This document shows positions 36,909 through 46,002 of a stretch of DNA of 64,000 nucleotides, piece by piece. The position numbers and the translations under genes are program-made. Below the pieces are notes generated by a model. The model made no database searches and was not told the origin of the DNA. It saw only the letters and a program-made list of their open reading frames with translations. Location: IMG/VR virus record IMGVR_UViG_3300033233_000020, positions 31,071 through 95,070 of that record. One strand, written 5' to 3'. The DNA comes from a virus. Each line of letters opens with the position of its first letter. The stretch's first letter is position 1.

Positions 36909-37223
36909 ATGAATACTACCTTACGTCACAGGCACAATCGAATGAGAGAATCTGAGTTATCAAAAGACGGTAAATCCTTTCACCCTGTTATTAAAAATGT
37001 AGCTCGTGCAATAAGCGACTGGCATTCAGAGCACGATTGGTTTTTTCAAACTGATCGAGCCATTCGTACTATTGATGCTATTGCTGTCGAGCTAAACAAG
37101 GAAGGACACAAGGAAGCTGCCAAGTATTTAGGCAGGATAATTGATGGCAATGAACTTAAAGCTAAGTCTCCAGACTTAGCTGAAACTACAGAAGAAACAA
37201 AGTTTAGTGCTTTGTATTTTTGA
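36909..37223 (+). CDS. Hypothetical protein
   Basis: 104-aa ORF. Confidence 0.55.
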   Translation: MNTTLRHRHNRMRESELSKDGKSFHPVIKNVARAISDWHSEHDWFFQTDRAIRTIDAIAVELNKEGHKEAAKYLGRIIDGNELKAKSPDLAETTEETKFSALYF

Positions 37224-37228
37224 TTATT

Positions 37229-37256
37229 CGTCCTGAGTATGACGTTAAACTGCTTA
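37229..37256 (+). ncRNA. Pseudoknot motif E, copy 5
   Basis: CGTC-CTGAGTAT-GACG-TTAAAC-TGCTTA. Confidence 0.8.
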
Positions 37257-37308
37257 AGTATTACAGATAAGTTTTACTTATCTTCACATCTAACTCAACT
37301 CATCTAAA

Positions 37309-38073
37309 ATGAAACTTCTTAAATTCTCCACCGGTAACGCCAAGCTTGGTAAGCGTTTGATCTTCAGCATCCCATCGGGCTACACTTGCCCAGGTGCTGG
37401 TGTATGCAAGACTTTTGCTGACCGTGTCACAGGCAAGATTCTTGACTTGCCACAGTTCAATGGGACCATCGCAGATGAGTTTCGTTGTTTTGCGGCAATG
37501 TCGGAGACCAGGCCAAATGTACGAGATGCACGTTGGTACAACTGGGACTTACTCAAGGAAGTAATGTATTCATCTGACAACCAGACTAGTGCGCTAACCG
37601 GGTTGATAGAACTATCTATTGCAGTACAACCGGTTCTTGATCTTTGTAGGATCCATGAGGGAGGTGACTTTTGGACTGAGCTATACATGAAAGCTTGGCT
37701 TAATGCTGCACGTAACCACAGCAACCGTAAGTTCTATGCTTATACCAAGTCTTTGAACATGTGGTTAAACCTTAAGCAAGACATCCCATCAAACTTTTAC
37801 CTTACTGCATCAGTAGGTGGTACTCTTGATGCCATGATCCCAGGTAATCTAGATACCTTTAAGCGTGTTGCTTATGTTGTGTACACAGAACAACAAGCGG
37901 CTGAACTAGGCCTAGAGATTGACCATGATGATGAGCATTGCTTTGGTGACAAACCGTTTGCATTACTGGTTCATAGCTCCCAGCGGGCAGGATCACTTGC
38001 TTCTCAAGCGTTAACTCAACGCAGGAAGGATGGCATGTGGACTGGGTACAACAAAGCAAAAGTTGCAGCATAA
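37309..38073 (+). CDS. GP88-like (radical-SAM-related) phage protein
   Basis: GNAKL, FSIPSGYTCPGAGVC, CFA, RIHEGGDF, FYAYTKS. Confidence 0.75.
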   Translation: MKLLKFSTGNAKLGKRLIFSIPSGYTCPGAGVCKTFADRVTGKILDLPQFNGTIADEFRCFAAMSETRPNVRDARWYNWDLLKEVMYSSDNQTSALTGLIELSIAVQPVLDLCRIHEGGDFWTELYMKAWLNAARNHSNRKFYAYTKSLNMWLNLKQDIPSNFYLTASVGGTLDAMIPGNLDTFKRVAYVVYTEQQAAELGLEIDHDDEHCFGDKPFALLVHSSQRAGSLASQALTQRRKDGMWTGYNKAKVAA

Positions 38074-38126
38074 CCCTTGCATTTGTGTGGAAGGTCTGTA
38101 GTATTTACATGATCTTCCACATTGTT

Positions 38127-38360
38127 ATGCCCTACGTTATCTCCACAGTTGAAGACAATGTTAATTACTGCATCACTGCAGATAAAGAAACCATGTCATT
38201 CCAATTGATTCCTGTAGAATCAGATTCAGATTTATCACACGTGTTTAGCCATCCTTACCAAAGCGGTGCGTTAAATATCCTTCGTTGGATCCAAGCTAAT
38301 GACCAAGCTCTCGCCAGTAAAGACCTCGTCATTTCCGATGAAGGACGATTCCGGCACTAA
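38127..38360 (+). CDS. Hypothetical protein
   Basis: ORF overlapping the polA start. Confidence 0.5.
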   Translation: MPYVISTVEDNVNYCITADKETMSFQLIPVESDSDLSHVFSHPYQSGALNILRWIQANDQALASKDLVISDEGRFRH

Positions 38361-40164
38361 GAAATTTTTTGTGTTCGATTTGGAAACTGACGGTCTGTAC
38401 GATGAAGTTACAACGATTCACTGTCTGGTCTTACATGATCTCAACAGAGACCAGACTTTTACTTATGGGCCTGACAGCATTGCTGCTGGTCTTGAGCAGC
38501 TGGCTACCGCTCATGTTCTAATAGGACAGAACATTTTATTTTTTGACATCCCTGTGATACGTAAGCTGTATCCGTTCTATACCTTTGCGGCTGCTCGTAT
38601 TATTGACACACTCATTACAACACGACTCATCTGGCCTAAGGAAAAACTCTATGACATGGACACAGAACAATATACGCAGGTTCCACCGAAGCTGCGGGGT
38701 TCGGCATCGCTCAAAGCATGGGGCTATCGCCTATCAGATTACAAGATTAGCTTTAAAGATTTCAAAAAGTACAGCGAAGAGATGTTGGCATACTGCATTC
38801 AGGATGTTAATGTCACTACGCAATTGTTTAGGCACACGCAGAAACAGTCATGCTCTGAGGCGGCGCTCAAACTGGAACATGATTTTGCTTTGGCAATTGA
38901 AAAACAAATTAGGTCAGGTTTTCCTTTTGATGTGGATGCATGTCTTGATCTGGTGGATAATCTCAGAACAAAACAGGCGACGCTCGAAGCTAACTTGAAG
39001 GAACTATTCCCACCTAAAAAGATCGAGACAGTATTTATTCCTAAGGTAAACAATGCAAGTCGTGGTTATGTCAAGGGCCAACCGTTTACTAAAGTCATAC
39101 ATGAAGAATTTAATCCTGGGTCGCGTCAACAAATTGTAGATCGTCTGCAAACTAAGTACGGATGGGTGCCAGAGAAGTCAACAGAGAAAGGAAACCCGAT
39201 CTTAGATGATGACGTACTAAGTGCATTGCCATACCCAGAGGCTAAGCCCTTAGCTGAGTACATGTTGATTAAGAAAAGACTTGGTCAGATTGCTGATGGT
39301 AATAATGCTTGGCTTAAGTTAGTTAATGATAAGACCGGATGCATGCACGGTGATGTCGTAACTAACGGGTGTATTACAGGACGATGCGCACACCGCAACC
39401 CAAACATGGGGCAGGTTCCCGCTGGTTACTCAGAGTACGGTAAAGAATGCCGTGGATTATTTCATGCACCTGATGGCTGGACCTTGATTGGTGTAGATGC
39501 TAAAGCTTTAGAACTGCGTTGTCTTGCTGGTTACCTTGCCCATTGGGATGGCGGAGAGTATGCACGTGTAGTAACAGATGAATCAATTGACATTCACGTG
39601 TTTAATAAAAAGATGTTTGGTGTGCCTACCAGAGACATAGCAAAGCGTTTGCTGTATGGCTTGTTGTATGGATGTGGTGCACTCAAAGCGGGAACAATTA
39701 TTGATCCGAATGAAAAGAATGAATTAGTTTTGCGTGAACTAGGAAGTACCGCAATCAATTCATTCATGAAAGGTATACCCGCATTGAAAGAACTTAAGAA
39801 CAGAATTGCAAATAACATTGCAGCTCGTGGTTACCTTATTGGTTTAGATGGTAGACCACTTTTTTGTAGATCTGATTTCAAAGGATTGAATGTATTACTA
39901 CAAGCATCTGGTGCACTAATAATGAAACAAGTTGTTATTGAACTGCATAACAAGATGTACGGCCTTGGTTATATTTACGGTCATGACTGGCAGCAAAACG
40001 CTATGATCCATGACGAAATTCAGGTATCTTGCCCACCAGCTATGGTGGATACCCTGACAACCGTTGCATTAGAAGCGTTCCCTGCATCGCAACAATTCTT
40101 TAACTTCCAGTGTCCTATTGAAGGGGATGCTCATGTAGGATACTGCTGGTCTGATACTCATTAA
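38338..40164 (+). CDS. polA: Family A DNA polymerase with 3'-5' exonuclease (T7-like)
   Basis: ExoI FDLETDG; ITGR..HRNPNMGQVP; motif A DAKALELR; motif B RDIAKRLLYGLLYG; motif C IHDEIQ. Confidence 0.95.
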   Translation: MKDDSGTKKFFVFDLETDGLYDEVTTIHCLVLHDLNRDQTFTYGPDSIAAGLEQLATAHVLIGQNILFFDIPVIRKLYPFYTFAAARIIDTLITTRLIWPKEKLYDMDTEQYTQVPPKLRGSASLKAWGYRLSDYKISFKDFKKYSEEMLAYCIQDVNVTTQLFRHTQKQSCSEAALKLEHDFALAIEKQIRSGFPFDVDACLDLVDNLRTKQATLEANLKELFPPKKIETVFIPKVNNASRGYVKGQPFTKVIHEEFNPGSRQQIVDRLQTKYGWVPEKSTEKGNPILDDDVLSALPYPEAKPLAEYMLIKKRLGQIADGNNAWLKLVNDKTGCMHGDVVTNGCITGRCAHRNPNMGQVPAGYSEYGKECRGLFHAPDGWTLIGVDAKALELRCLAGYLAHWDGGEYARVVTDESIDIHVFNKKMFGVPTRDIAKRLLYGLLYGCGALKAGTIIDPNEKNELVLRELGSTAINSFMKGIPALKELKNRIANNIAARGYLIGLDGRPLFCRSDFKGLNVLLQASGALIMKQVVIELHNKMYGLGYIYGHDWQQNAMIHDEIQVSCPPAMVDTLTTVALEAFPASQQFFNFQCPIEGDAHVGYCWSDTH

Positions 40165-40359
40165 ACATGGAGTCAACTGAACTTCTCATCAATAAAAAAT
40201 CTGATTTAAAAATTGTTTGTCCTGAGCACGGGACACACGACCAGTACATTAGTAGCGCCATTAAAGGATATGAAGGCTATTGGTGCATGTTGTGTTGGCT
40301 TAAAAGTCTTGGTGATCCACTACCAATAAGTCCGTGGTCATAATCAAAAAATAGTTTTT

Positions 40360-40386
40360 CGTCCCAAGTATGACGTTAAACTGCTT
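40360..40386 (+). ncRNA. Pseudoknot motif E, copy 6
   Basis: CGTC-CCAAGTAT-GACG-TTAAAC-TGCTT. Confidence 0.8.
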
Positions 40387-40407
40387 TAACACTACCCTTT
40401 TGATTTC

Positions 40408-41217
40408 ATGAATCAAACATTTGTTTGCGCTCAAACAACCGAAGTCCCTCGCGAAGTTGCCATCAGTGCTACTAACTACGCTATGCGTTGTGCAGTATTG
40501 TTGCCTCCCGTTGGGAACAAAGCTCCAACTTCAATCGAACTTAATGTCTATGGAAAAAGTGCAGAACGTTTCGCTCGTACAACTCGAGGGGCGCAGATCT
40601 ACATTCACGGCGCCAAGCTACGTTTCGATCTGGAGTCCCGTACGTATTCTTTGCATGGAGGAATCATTGCAACGGTGGATGAATCATTCCCGATCCTTAA
40701 CACCGTTATCCTCAGTGGACGTTGCGTTAAAGACATCGATCAAGAAGACGCACGTGCTTTTAAAACAACCGCTGATAAGTTAATGATTTGTAATCAAACT
40801 CTTTCAGTTAACACTGGAAGAAATCAAGCAGATCTATTTAACTTCTATGCAATTAACACTGCACAAGATAAGTTAAATAACGCTGAGCTTTTGGTTAACT
40901 TCACACGTAAAGGTGTGGGTCTTACTATCCAAGGCAAGCTGACTACCGATGCCTGGGTTGATGCAACAACCAAGGAGAAACGGACAGCCACCAAGATTCA
41001 ATTGGTGAACATGACCCTGTCACCTAAAGGCAATGATGGTTCCAAGGCAATCCAGCCGCAAGCAACGGTTGCATCTGAGGGAGAAGCTGCTACCCTATGG
41101 GGTGGTAAGAGTGCTGAAGACGAATCAGACGCTTGGACCAAGACCTCTGGTGGTAGCCTGCCTGATCTTCCTGGTCAGTACGGCCCAGTACCTGAACTAG
41201 CTCACGAACCATTCTAA
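40408..41217 (+). CDS. ssb: Single-stranded DNA-binding protein with two OB folds
   Basis: Two N..(I)LSGR-type starts; KGVGLTIQGKLTTDAWVD; acidic tail ending EPF. Confidence 0.75.
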   Translation: MNQTFVCAQTTEVPREVAISATNYAMRCAVLLPPVGNKAPTSIELNVYGKSAERFARTTRGAQIYIHGAKLRFDLESRTYSLHGGIIATVDESFPILNTVILSGRCVKDIDQEDARAFKTTADKLMICNQTLSVNTGRNQADLFNFYAINTAQDKLNNAELLVNFTRKGVGLTIQGKLTTDAWVDATTKEKRTATKIQLVNMTLSPKGNDGSKAIQPQATVASEGEAATLWGGKSAEDESDAWTKTSGGSLPDLPGQYGPVPELAHEPF

Positions 41218-41226
41218 TTTAAACTA

Positions 41227-41457
41227 ATGATTGATTTTAAAATTGATTCTGAAAATCCGCATTTATTGCATACAGCAATAGCATACGATTTTTTCTTTGA
41301 AAACTATGGTAAATTTCTTGACGCTGCAGTTGCAGCAGGAAAGAATGACATAGAGTTGGTTGATGAAATGGAAAGAATATTAGATCTTTCTTTTGAAATG
41401 GCCAACATGTTTACATCAAAAGTACAACAAGAACAAAAGATTGATGACAACATTTAA
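41227..41457 (+). CDS. Hypothetical protein
   Basis: ORF in the replication operon. Confidence 0.55.
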   Translation: MIDFKIDSENPHLLHTAIAYDFFFENYGKFLDAAVAAGKNDIELVDEMERILDLSFEMANMFTSKVQQEQKIDDNI

Positions 41458-41683
41458 TCAATTTAAGTTTGAAAAGACTGACAGCAATTCAACACTTACT
41501 CTTGAAGTAGGTGCTGATGGTTGCCAAGAGATTGTAGATGAGTTTATTCGTTTTATGCGTGGATGTAGCTTTATAGATGTAAACATCTATGACGCTATGG
41601 AAAATGCAGTCGAAGAACACACTGCTTATCAAAAGCACATTAACCAAGCTGCCAAGCTTGGTCTTCATGTACCAGGTGAATAA
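41444..41683 (+). CDS. Hypothetical protein
   Basis: EIVDEFIRFMRGCSF motif. Confidence 0.6.
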   Translation: MTTFNQFKFEKTDSNSTLTLEVGADGCQEIVDEFIRFMRGCSFIDVNIYDAMENAVEEHTAYQKHINQAAKLGLHVPGE

Positions 41684-41693
41684 GTAAGTCGTC

Positions 41694-41722
41694 ACGTCCT
41701 AGGCAAGACGTAAAACTACCTA
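41694..41722 (+). ncRNA. Pseudoknot motif E, copy 7
   Basis: ACGTC-CTAGGCAA-GACGT-AAAAC-TACCTA. Confidence 0.75.
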
Positions 41723-41743
41723 CCACCCATCTCTGACTTAATT

Positions 41744-42847
41744 ATGACAACCACTCCGGTTGATATGATGAGTAAAGCTTGGATCGATAAGATCGAAGCT
41801 GAAACAAAACCCTCTGAACAAACCTTTAACACATCTAAGAAAATGGCTGTAAAGAAAACTTCTTCTTCCTTGGCTACACGTGGACTGGATTCATTCCTTG
41901 CTTTTCAATCCAAAGAATTTATTTCAGGTTACCAAAACCTCGTCACCCTCCAGCCCCTTAACAAATCCAAGACACGAGGTTGGTTCGTGCGGAACTCAGA
42001 CCTTGACACTTGCGGATGGAGTGCCACTGACAATCAATTTGCTAAAGGTTCAGTTCTCTGGAACTACAAGCAAACTTTTGGTATGGCTCCCAATACTTCA
42101 GTGGAAGAAGGACTCAATTTCACTGAGCCTCGTTTACAAATCCTTTTGCGTTCCCCACTTATGGTTGAGGAAGCTACAGGGATGAGGCAAACGATTGGTA
42201 CGTTTGACAATCCTGATGTCAAAGAACTATGGGATGCAGACAAGCTAGCTGCTGATCTTGCCAACAGCAAAGGCGAGATGTACAAACGTAAGTACAGTGT
42301 ACGTACAAAGTACTTGGTGTACATTCTTACCGAAGACAATGCACGTGCCCACAAGATTCCAATGGTACTTACCTTGAAGGGATTGAATGGCACTGATGTA
42401 TCAGAGAAGGTAAAGCTGTACGAAAAAGAAATGTCTAAGTGTTTGAGCAAGGCGCTGGACTCTGAGATCCCTCTAGCATTTAACGAAAAGTTTTATGCCA
42501 CTACTGTGTTTGCTCCCGTACTTGCTAACGAGATGCGTGGTGCCAACAATGTAGAGATCTGTGCTATTGAATCGTTTGACATTCCAGAATACACCGATCA
42601 AGCAACTGCTGTTGAATCGTTGAGCCGTATGTCAATTCCAGACGAAGATCGTGCTTCTACCTGGAAGTATCAAGAAATGTTCAATGATTACATAAATCAA
42701 CATTCACGGCAAGATGCTGAAAAGCTAGGTGGTGCCTATGGTATCAAGCCTGGCGTACAGATTCTTCCTGCAAATCGTGGCGAAGCAGTTGATGTAAAAG
42801 CATTGCCTGCTCGTGATGAAACTACAGGTGAGGATTTTTCTCTCTGA
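41744..42847 (+). CDS. Conserved-looking protein, possibly DUF5895-like (ssDNA/recombination-associated)
   Basis: 367 aa; RLQILLRSPL and YLVYILTEDN..AHKIPMVLTLKG; family recalled, not verified. Confidence 0.45.
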   Translation: MTTTPVDMMSKAWIDKIEAETKPSEQTFNTSKKMAVKKTSSSLATRGLDSFLAFQSKEFISGYQNLVTLQPLNKSKTRGWFVRNSDLDTCGWSATDNQFAKGSVLWNYKQTFGMAPNTSVEEGLNFTEPRLQILLRSPLMVEEATGMRQTIGTFDNPDVKELWDADKLAADLANSKGEMYKRKYSVRTKYLVYILTEDNARAHKIPMVLTLKGLNGTDVSEKVKLYEKEMSKCLSKALDSEIPLAFNEKFYATTVFAPVLANEMRGANNVEICAIESFDIPEYTDQATAVESLSRMSIPDEDRASTWKYQEMFNDYINQHSRQDAEKLGGAYGIKPGVQILPANRGEAVDVKALPARDETTGEDFSL

Positions 42848-42848
42848 G

Positions 42849-43100
42849 TTAAGACTCTGAGGTAGATATTGGGCCAGGCGTCAAGCTTGGCCCTTTACTT
42901 TCCAAAAGTATTTTCTTCATCAATCCACATATGACTCCCTGCCTTTGTGTTGCAACTGTCAACAACAGAATTGCAATCTCTCGCAATTAACTTACGGAGT
43001 TGCATTCGTTAATCATTCGTTGAGTTTTTTCTTTCCAAAACAAATCATTAATGCTTGGAGCTAGCTCCATACCATCAAACACACCACTGGATTCTTCCAT
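42849..43100 (-). pseudogene. NblA-like ORF interrupted by an in-frame TAA (42987-42989)
   Basis: MEESSGVFDGMELAPSINDLFWKEKTQRMINECNSVS*LREIAILLLTVATQRQGVICGLMKK... Confidence 0.45.
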
Positions 43101-43138
43101 TGGTTTTAAGCAATCAATTCATTCTACCTAAAACAATC

Positions 43139-44104
43139 ATGTCTACACAACTGCTTGAACTTAATGCAGCGCAAACTTTAATTTACAATCGCAGTAATTT
43201 ACGTCGTGCTGTCAAAGATTTTGATGATACGGAAATCGCCGGCATTAGCTTGCGAGATAATCTTGTGGTTGTGGTTCGTACTGATGGTAGTGAGCAAATT
43301 TACCCACGGAAAATAGTTGTTGCTGCCTACCAGGAATACACGAGCCGTCTTAAACATTTCTTTTCTTACCTTGGACCTAACTACCGTGGACCATCGATCT
43401 GGCACAACAACGGCTACGTACTCTTCAAGGGATGGACATACGGCCATGCCCTTGGACACATTACTGCTAATGCAAAACTACAAGCGTCGTGGGCCGATAA
43501 GTTTATCCATATCAATGATCAAACAAAACTGGAGGCGTTACTACAATCAGAACATACGGACATTGGGTATCTCATTGCCCCTGAAGGCTTCCGTCATATG
43601 CAATCAATTGAACTCGGCTCTGCTCTTAATGATTCTCCAGGTGATGACGCTGAGTCACAAGCTGAGAATGATAAGCCTAAAGAATATGCGCCGTATTGCT
43701 CATGCGGATCGTTCAAGAAACAACTAAATAATTTAGTTAATTTCCAACAGGAGATTCTTGGGTACAGGCCGACATGTATCCACATGACCTGGCTGCACAA
43801 GTACAGAGCCCTTCTCTCTGAGCGGTCTAGGGTCAGGACAGAGGTGCGTGGCGGTGCAGCGGTAAAGTGTGTAGCATGGGCTTACGCCCCGCCTGAAGAC
43901 CACATCAGCAAGGGACGCTTTGTTCTATTGCATACCAACTCAGGATCTATGGCACCCATCAGCCACTGGCGTTCCTACAAATCAAACGAGGTGTTTACTG
44001 AAGAACATGCATGGGATCTATTCTTTAATATGCTTGAGGCTGACTATGTACCATTCCCTTTGACATCCTTGCCCCAACTATCTTCTGCGCTTAAGAAAAA
44101 ATGA
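43139..44104 (+). CDS. SWIM zinc-finger protein
   Basis: CSCGSF...PTCIH. Confidence 0.65.
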   Translation: MSTQLLELNAAQTLIYNRSNLRRAVKDFDDTEIAGISLRDNLVVVVRTDGSEQIYPRKIVVAAYQEYTSRLKHFFSYLGPNYRGPSIWHNNGYVLFKGWTYGHALGHITANAKLQASWADKFIHINDQTKLEALLQSEHTDIGYLIAPEGFRHMQSIELGSALNDSPGDDAESQAENDKPKEYAPYCSCGSFKKQLNNLVNFQQEILGYRPTCIHMTWLHKYRALLSERSRVRTEVRGGAAVKCVAWAYAPPEDHISKGRFVLLHTNSGSMAPISHWRSYKSNEVFTEEHAWDLFFNMLEADYVPFPLTSLPQLSSALKKK

Positions 44105-44319
44105 CTGACACCTTTGACCCAGCTAGTTGGGTATACAAGTTACACATTGAAGTTATTAATGAAGAAGACGGATCTGCTACCATTCAAATTGAATGGGATG
44201 AAACAGATTCTGAGCTTGACTATTGGAATAGCTTAGGTAAAGAAGGGCAAGAAAAATTTATTATAGATGCTCTTTATGCTTCATTTGAAAACCTTGGACT
44301 CACTACCAATGACACTTGA
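44101..44319 (+). CDS. Hypothetical protein
   Basis: EEDGSATIQIEWDE motif. Confidence 0.6.
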   Translation: MTDTFDPASWVYKLHIEVINEEDGSATIQIEWDETDSELDYWNSLGKEGQEKFIIDALYASFENLGLTTNDT

Positions 44320-44638
44320 CACCTACGGATTACCAGAAGAAGAGTACCTTTCTGTCTTTGAAGAAAAAGCTGAGTTTGCTTGTAAAGCATTGAATATTGT
44401 ATTGAAGGTAGCAAAAAGTCAAAACATAGATCTTAGTCTTAAATTGTTTTGGGATTTGTACCAGGAGATTGGCTATGCAACAGATGATGCATGCCGTGTA
44501 AAACAAAAACAAGAAGACCCTGAAGCACTTGAAGCGCGTAGTTATTCATCAAGTACTTATCCCACAACGGCTGCAGTTTTTGCTGAGGTGCAAAAACTAG
44601 AAAAGTTAATACAATCTGTTATCGAATCAAAAGAATAA
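44309..44638 (+). CDS. Hypothetical protein
   Basis: ORF in operon. Confidence 0.55.
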   Translation: MTLDTYGLPEEEYLSVFEEKAEFACKALNIVLKVAKSQNIDLSLKLFWDLYQEIGYATDDACRVKQKQEDPEALEARSYSSSTYPTTAAVFAEVQKLEKLIQSVIESKE

Positions 44639-44642
44639 AGTA

Positions 44643-44670
44643 ACGTCCTAGGTATGACGTAAAACTACCC
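44643..44670 (+). ncRNA. Pseudoknot motif E, copy 8
   Basis: ACGTC-CTAGGTAT-GACGT-AAAAC-TACC; stem 2 compensated (GGTA/TACC). Confidence 0.8.
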
Positions 44671-44693
44671 ATCACCACACAACAACACACATC

Positions 44694-44816
44694 ATGTTTG
44701 AATTTCTTACCACTGTTATTGCACCAAAAGTTATTCAAGTTTTTACTGAGCTTGCATGGGCAGCATGCGCAGCACTACTGGTCTATACAGTAAACAAAGT
44801 ATGGAAGGCTGTATGA
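44694..44816 (+). CDS. 40-aa hydrophobic peptide
   Basis: MFEFLTTVIAPKVIQVFTELAWAACAALLVYTVNKVWKAV; 23 nt after E8; ATGA overlap with next gene. Confidence 0.55.
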   Translation: MFEFLTTVIAPKVIQVFTELAWAACAALLVYTVNKVWKAV

Positions 44817-45094
44817 AATATGTACAAACAATTAAATCAATCATGGTTTATCCGGAAGGGGAGCCCTGGTTTCATGAGTCTGCTACCGAGGTATCTCTTG
44901 AGGATGAGGGCGGTGGCTATTATGTAGTACTTACTCAATGTCCCGATAGTCCAGAACCTGCTCAGGTTCGCTTAGACCCTGAGGAATTAGATGCAGTCTA
45001 CTGTGCAGCTAAGCAACTATTAAATTCAACACAACACAACAATGACAACCTCCCAACTTACACAGGCGAACTTAAACAAGCTAAATGTTCTTAA
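44813..45094 (+). CDS. Hypothetical protein
   Basis: ESATEVSLEDEGGGYYVVLTQ motif. Confidence 0.65.
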   Translation: MKYVQTIKSIMVYPEGEPWFHESATEVSLEDEGGGYYVVLTQCPDSPEPAQVRLDPEELDAVYCAAKQLLNSTQHNNDNLPTYTGELKQAKCS

Positions 45095-45761
45095 ACTGTA
45101 TGAGCACTATGTTGCTATCGAAAGGTCTCTGCCTCTTCTCACTCCAGAGTCGCAAGACCTGGCGCAATCTGAATTGGAGCAGTGCCTGGCGCTACGTTCG
45201 GAAAAGATTGATCGTCTTTACTACGCATGGGCGCACCACGAGGATGCAGTAGAACGTGCTAAGAAAGAACAAGAGCTTCTTGCAGCAGCAAGGAAGCACC
45301 ATGAATCTCAAGTCACACAGATCAAAGCACTGATCAACTGGCTGAGGAGGTCAGCACCTATTGATGGCAACAAGATCAAAGGTAAAGACTATGAGTTCAC
45401 CTTAAGCAAAAAGAAAACACCTACGGTACTAGTGTCTTCTGAGGTCCAGGATTGGACGGAGGAGGAGCAACAAAAATACTGTATTATCGAAACAGTTACT
45501 ACAACCAAACATACTGTGGTAACTTCAATTGATGGGAAGGTTCTTGAAGAAGATACCAAACCATCGATCAAGACTGAAACCATCCCTAATCTCAATGCCC
45601 TCCTCAATGCTTATCAAAAAGGACAACACATCCCATCCGGTGTCAAGATCCAACAAGACTACAACATCAGGAGAGCGCGAATCTTGGTCAAGCGATCAGT
45701 GGAGTTATCTCCATCCGCATATCCAAGCGAGTTTTTATCAGAACCTGATCCCGCCTTCTGA
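45042..45761 (+). CDS. Siphovirus Gp157-like protein
   Basis: EKIDRLY coiled coil; KIKGKDYEFTL; KGQHIPSGVKI. Confidence 0.6.
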   Translation: MTTSQLTQANLNKLNVLKLYEHYVAIERSLPLLTPESQDLAQSELEQCLALRSEKIDRLYYAWAHHEDAVERAKKEQELLAAARKHHESQVTQIKALINWLRRSAPIDGNKIKGKDYEFTLSKKKTPTVLVSSEVQDWTEEEQQKYCIIETVTTTKHTVVTSIDGKVLEEDTKPSIKTETIPNLNALLNAYQKGQHIPSGVKIQQDYNIRRARILVKRSVELSPSAYPSEFLSEPDPAF

Positions 45762-46002
45762 CCTGGATGACGCACATATCTTGTGCCGTTGCCATGAGCA
45801 GGCCATTGCAGACTTCCAGATGCAAATCGAAATGATTGAACTGGAACTTGCAATGCTTACTGATGATGGTGACGTGCTCCCATACAATGAGAGTAAGGCA
45901 CAAGAGTTAGAGGAACGCAAGCTTAAGTTAATGACAGGCAAACGCTTTCAAACTAATGCACGTAATGCCTACTGGTATTACCTGATGAAAGCTAAAAACT
46001 GA
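45529..46002 (+). CDS. Coiled-coil hypothetical protein; true start probably downstream
   Basis: Helical C-terminal 90 aa. Confidence 0.5.
   Translation: MMGRFLKKIPNHRSRLKPSLISMPSSMLIKKDNTSHPVSRSNKTTTSGERESWSSDQWSYLHPHIQASFYQNLIPPSDLDDAHILCRCHEQAIADFQMQIEMIELELAMLTDDGDVLPYNESKAQELEERKLKLMTGKRFQTNARNAYWYYLMKAKN

Noticed and set aside
40218-40236. TGTCCTGAGCACGGGACA as a ninth motif E
   Set aside because: No AAAC-TGCT second stem, and it lies in a small ORF encoding CPEHG
42987-42989. Stop-codon reassignment in this phage
   Set aside because: Single case; TAA, TAG and TGA all terminate well-supported genes and no suppressor tRNA was seen
26667-44670. Motif E repeats as a CRISPR array or attC-like cassette sites
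   Set aside because: Copies are dispersed 0.7-5.4 kb apart and separated by whole genes; no cas or integrase gene is present; covariation fits a pseudoknot
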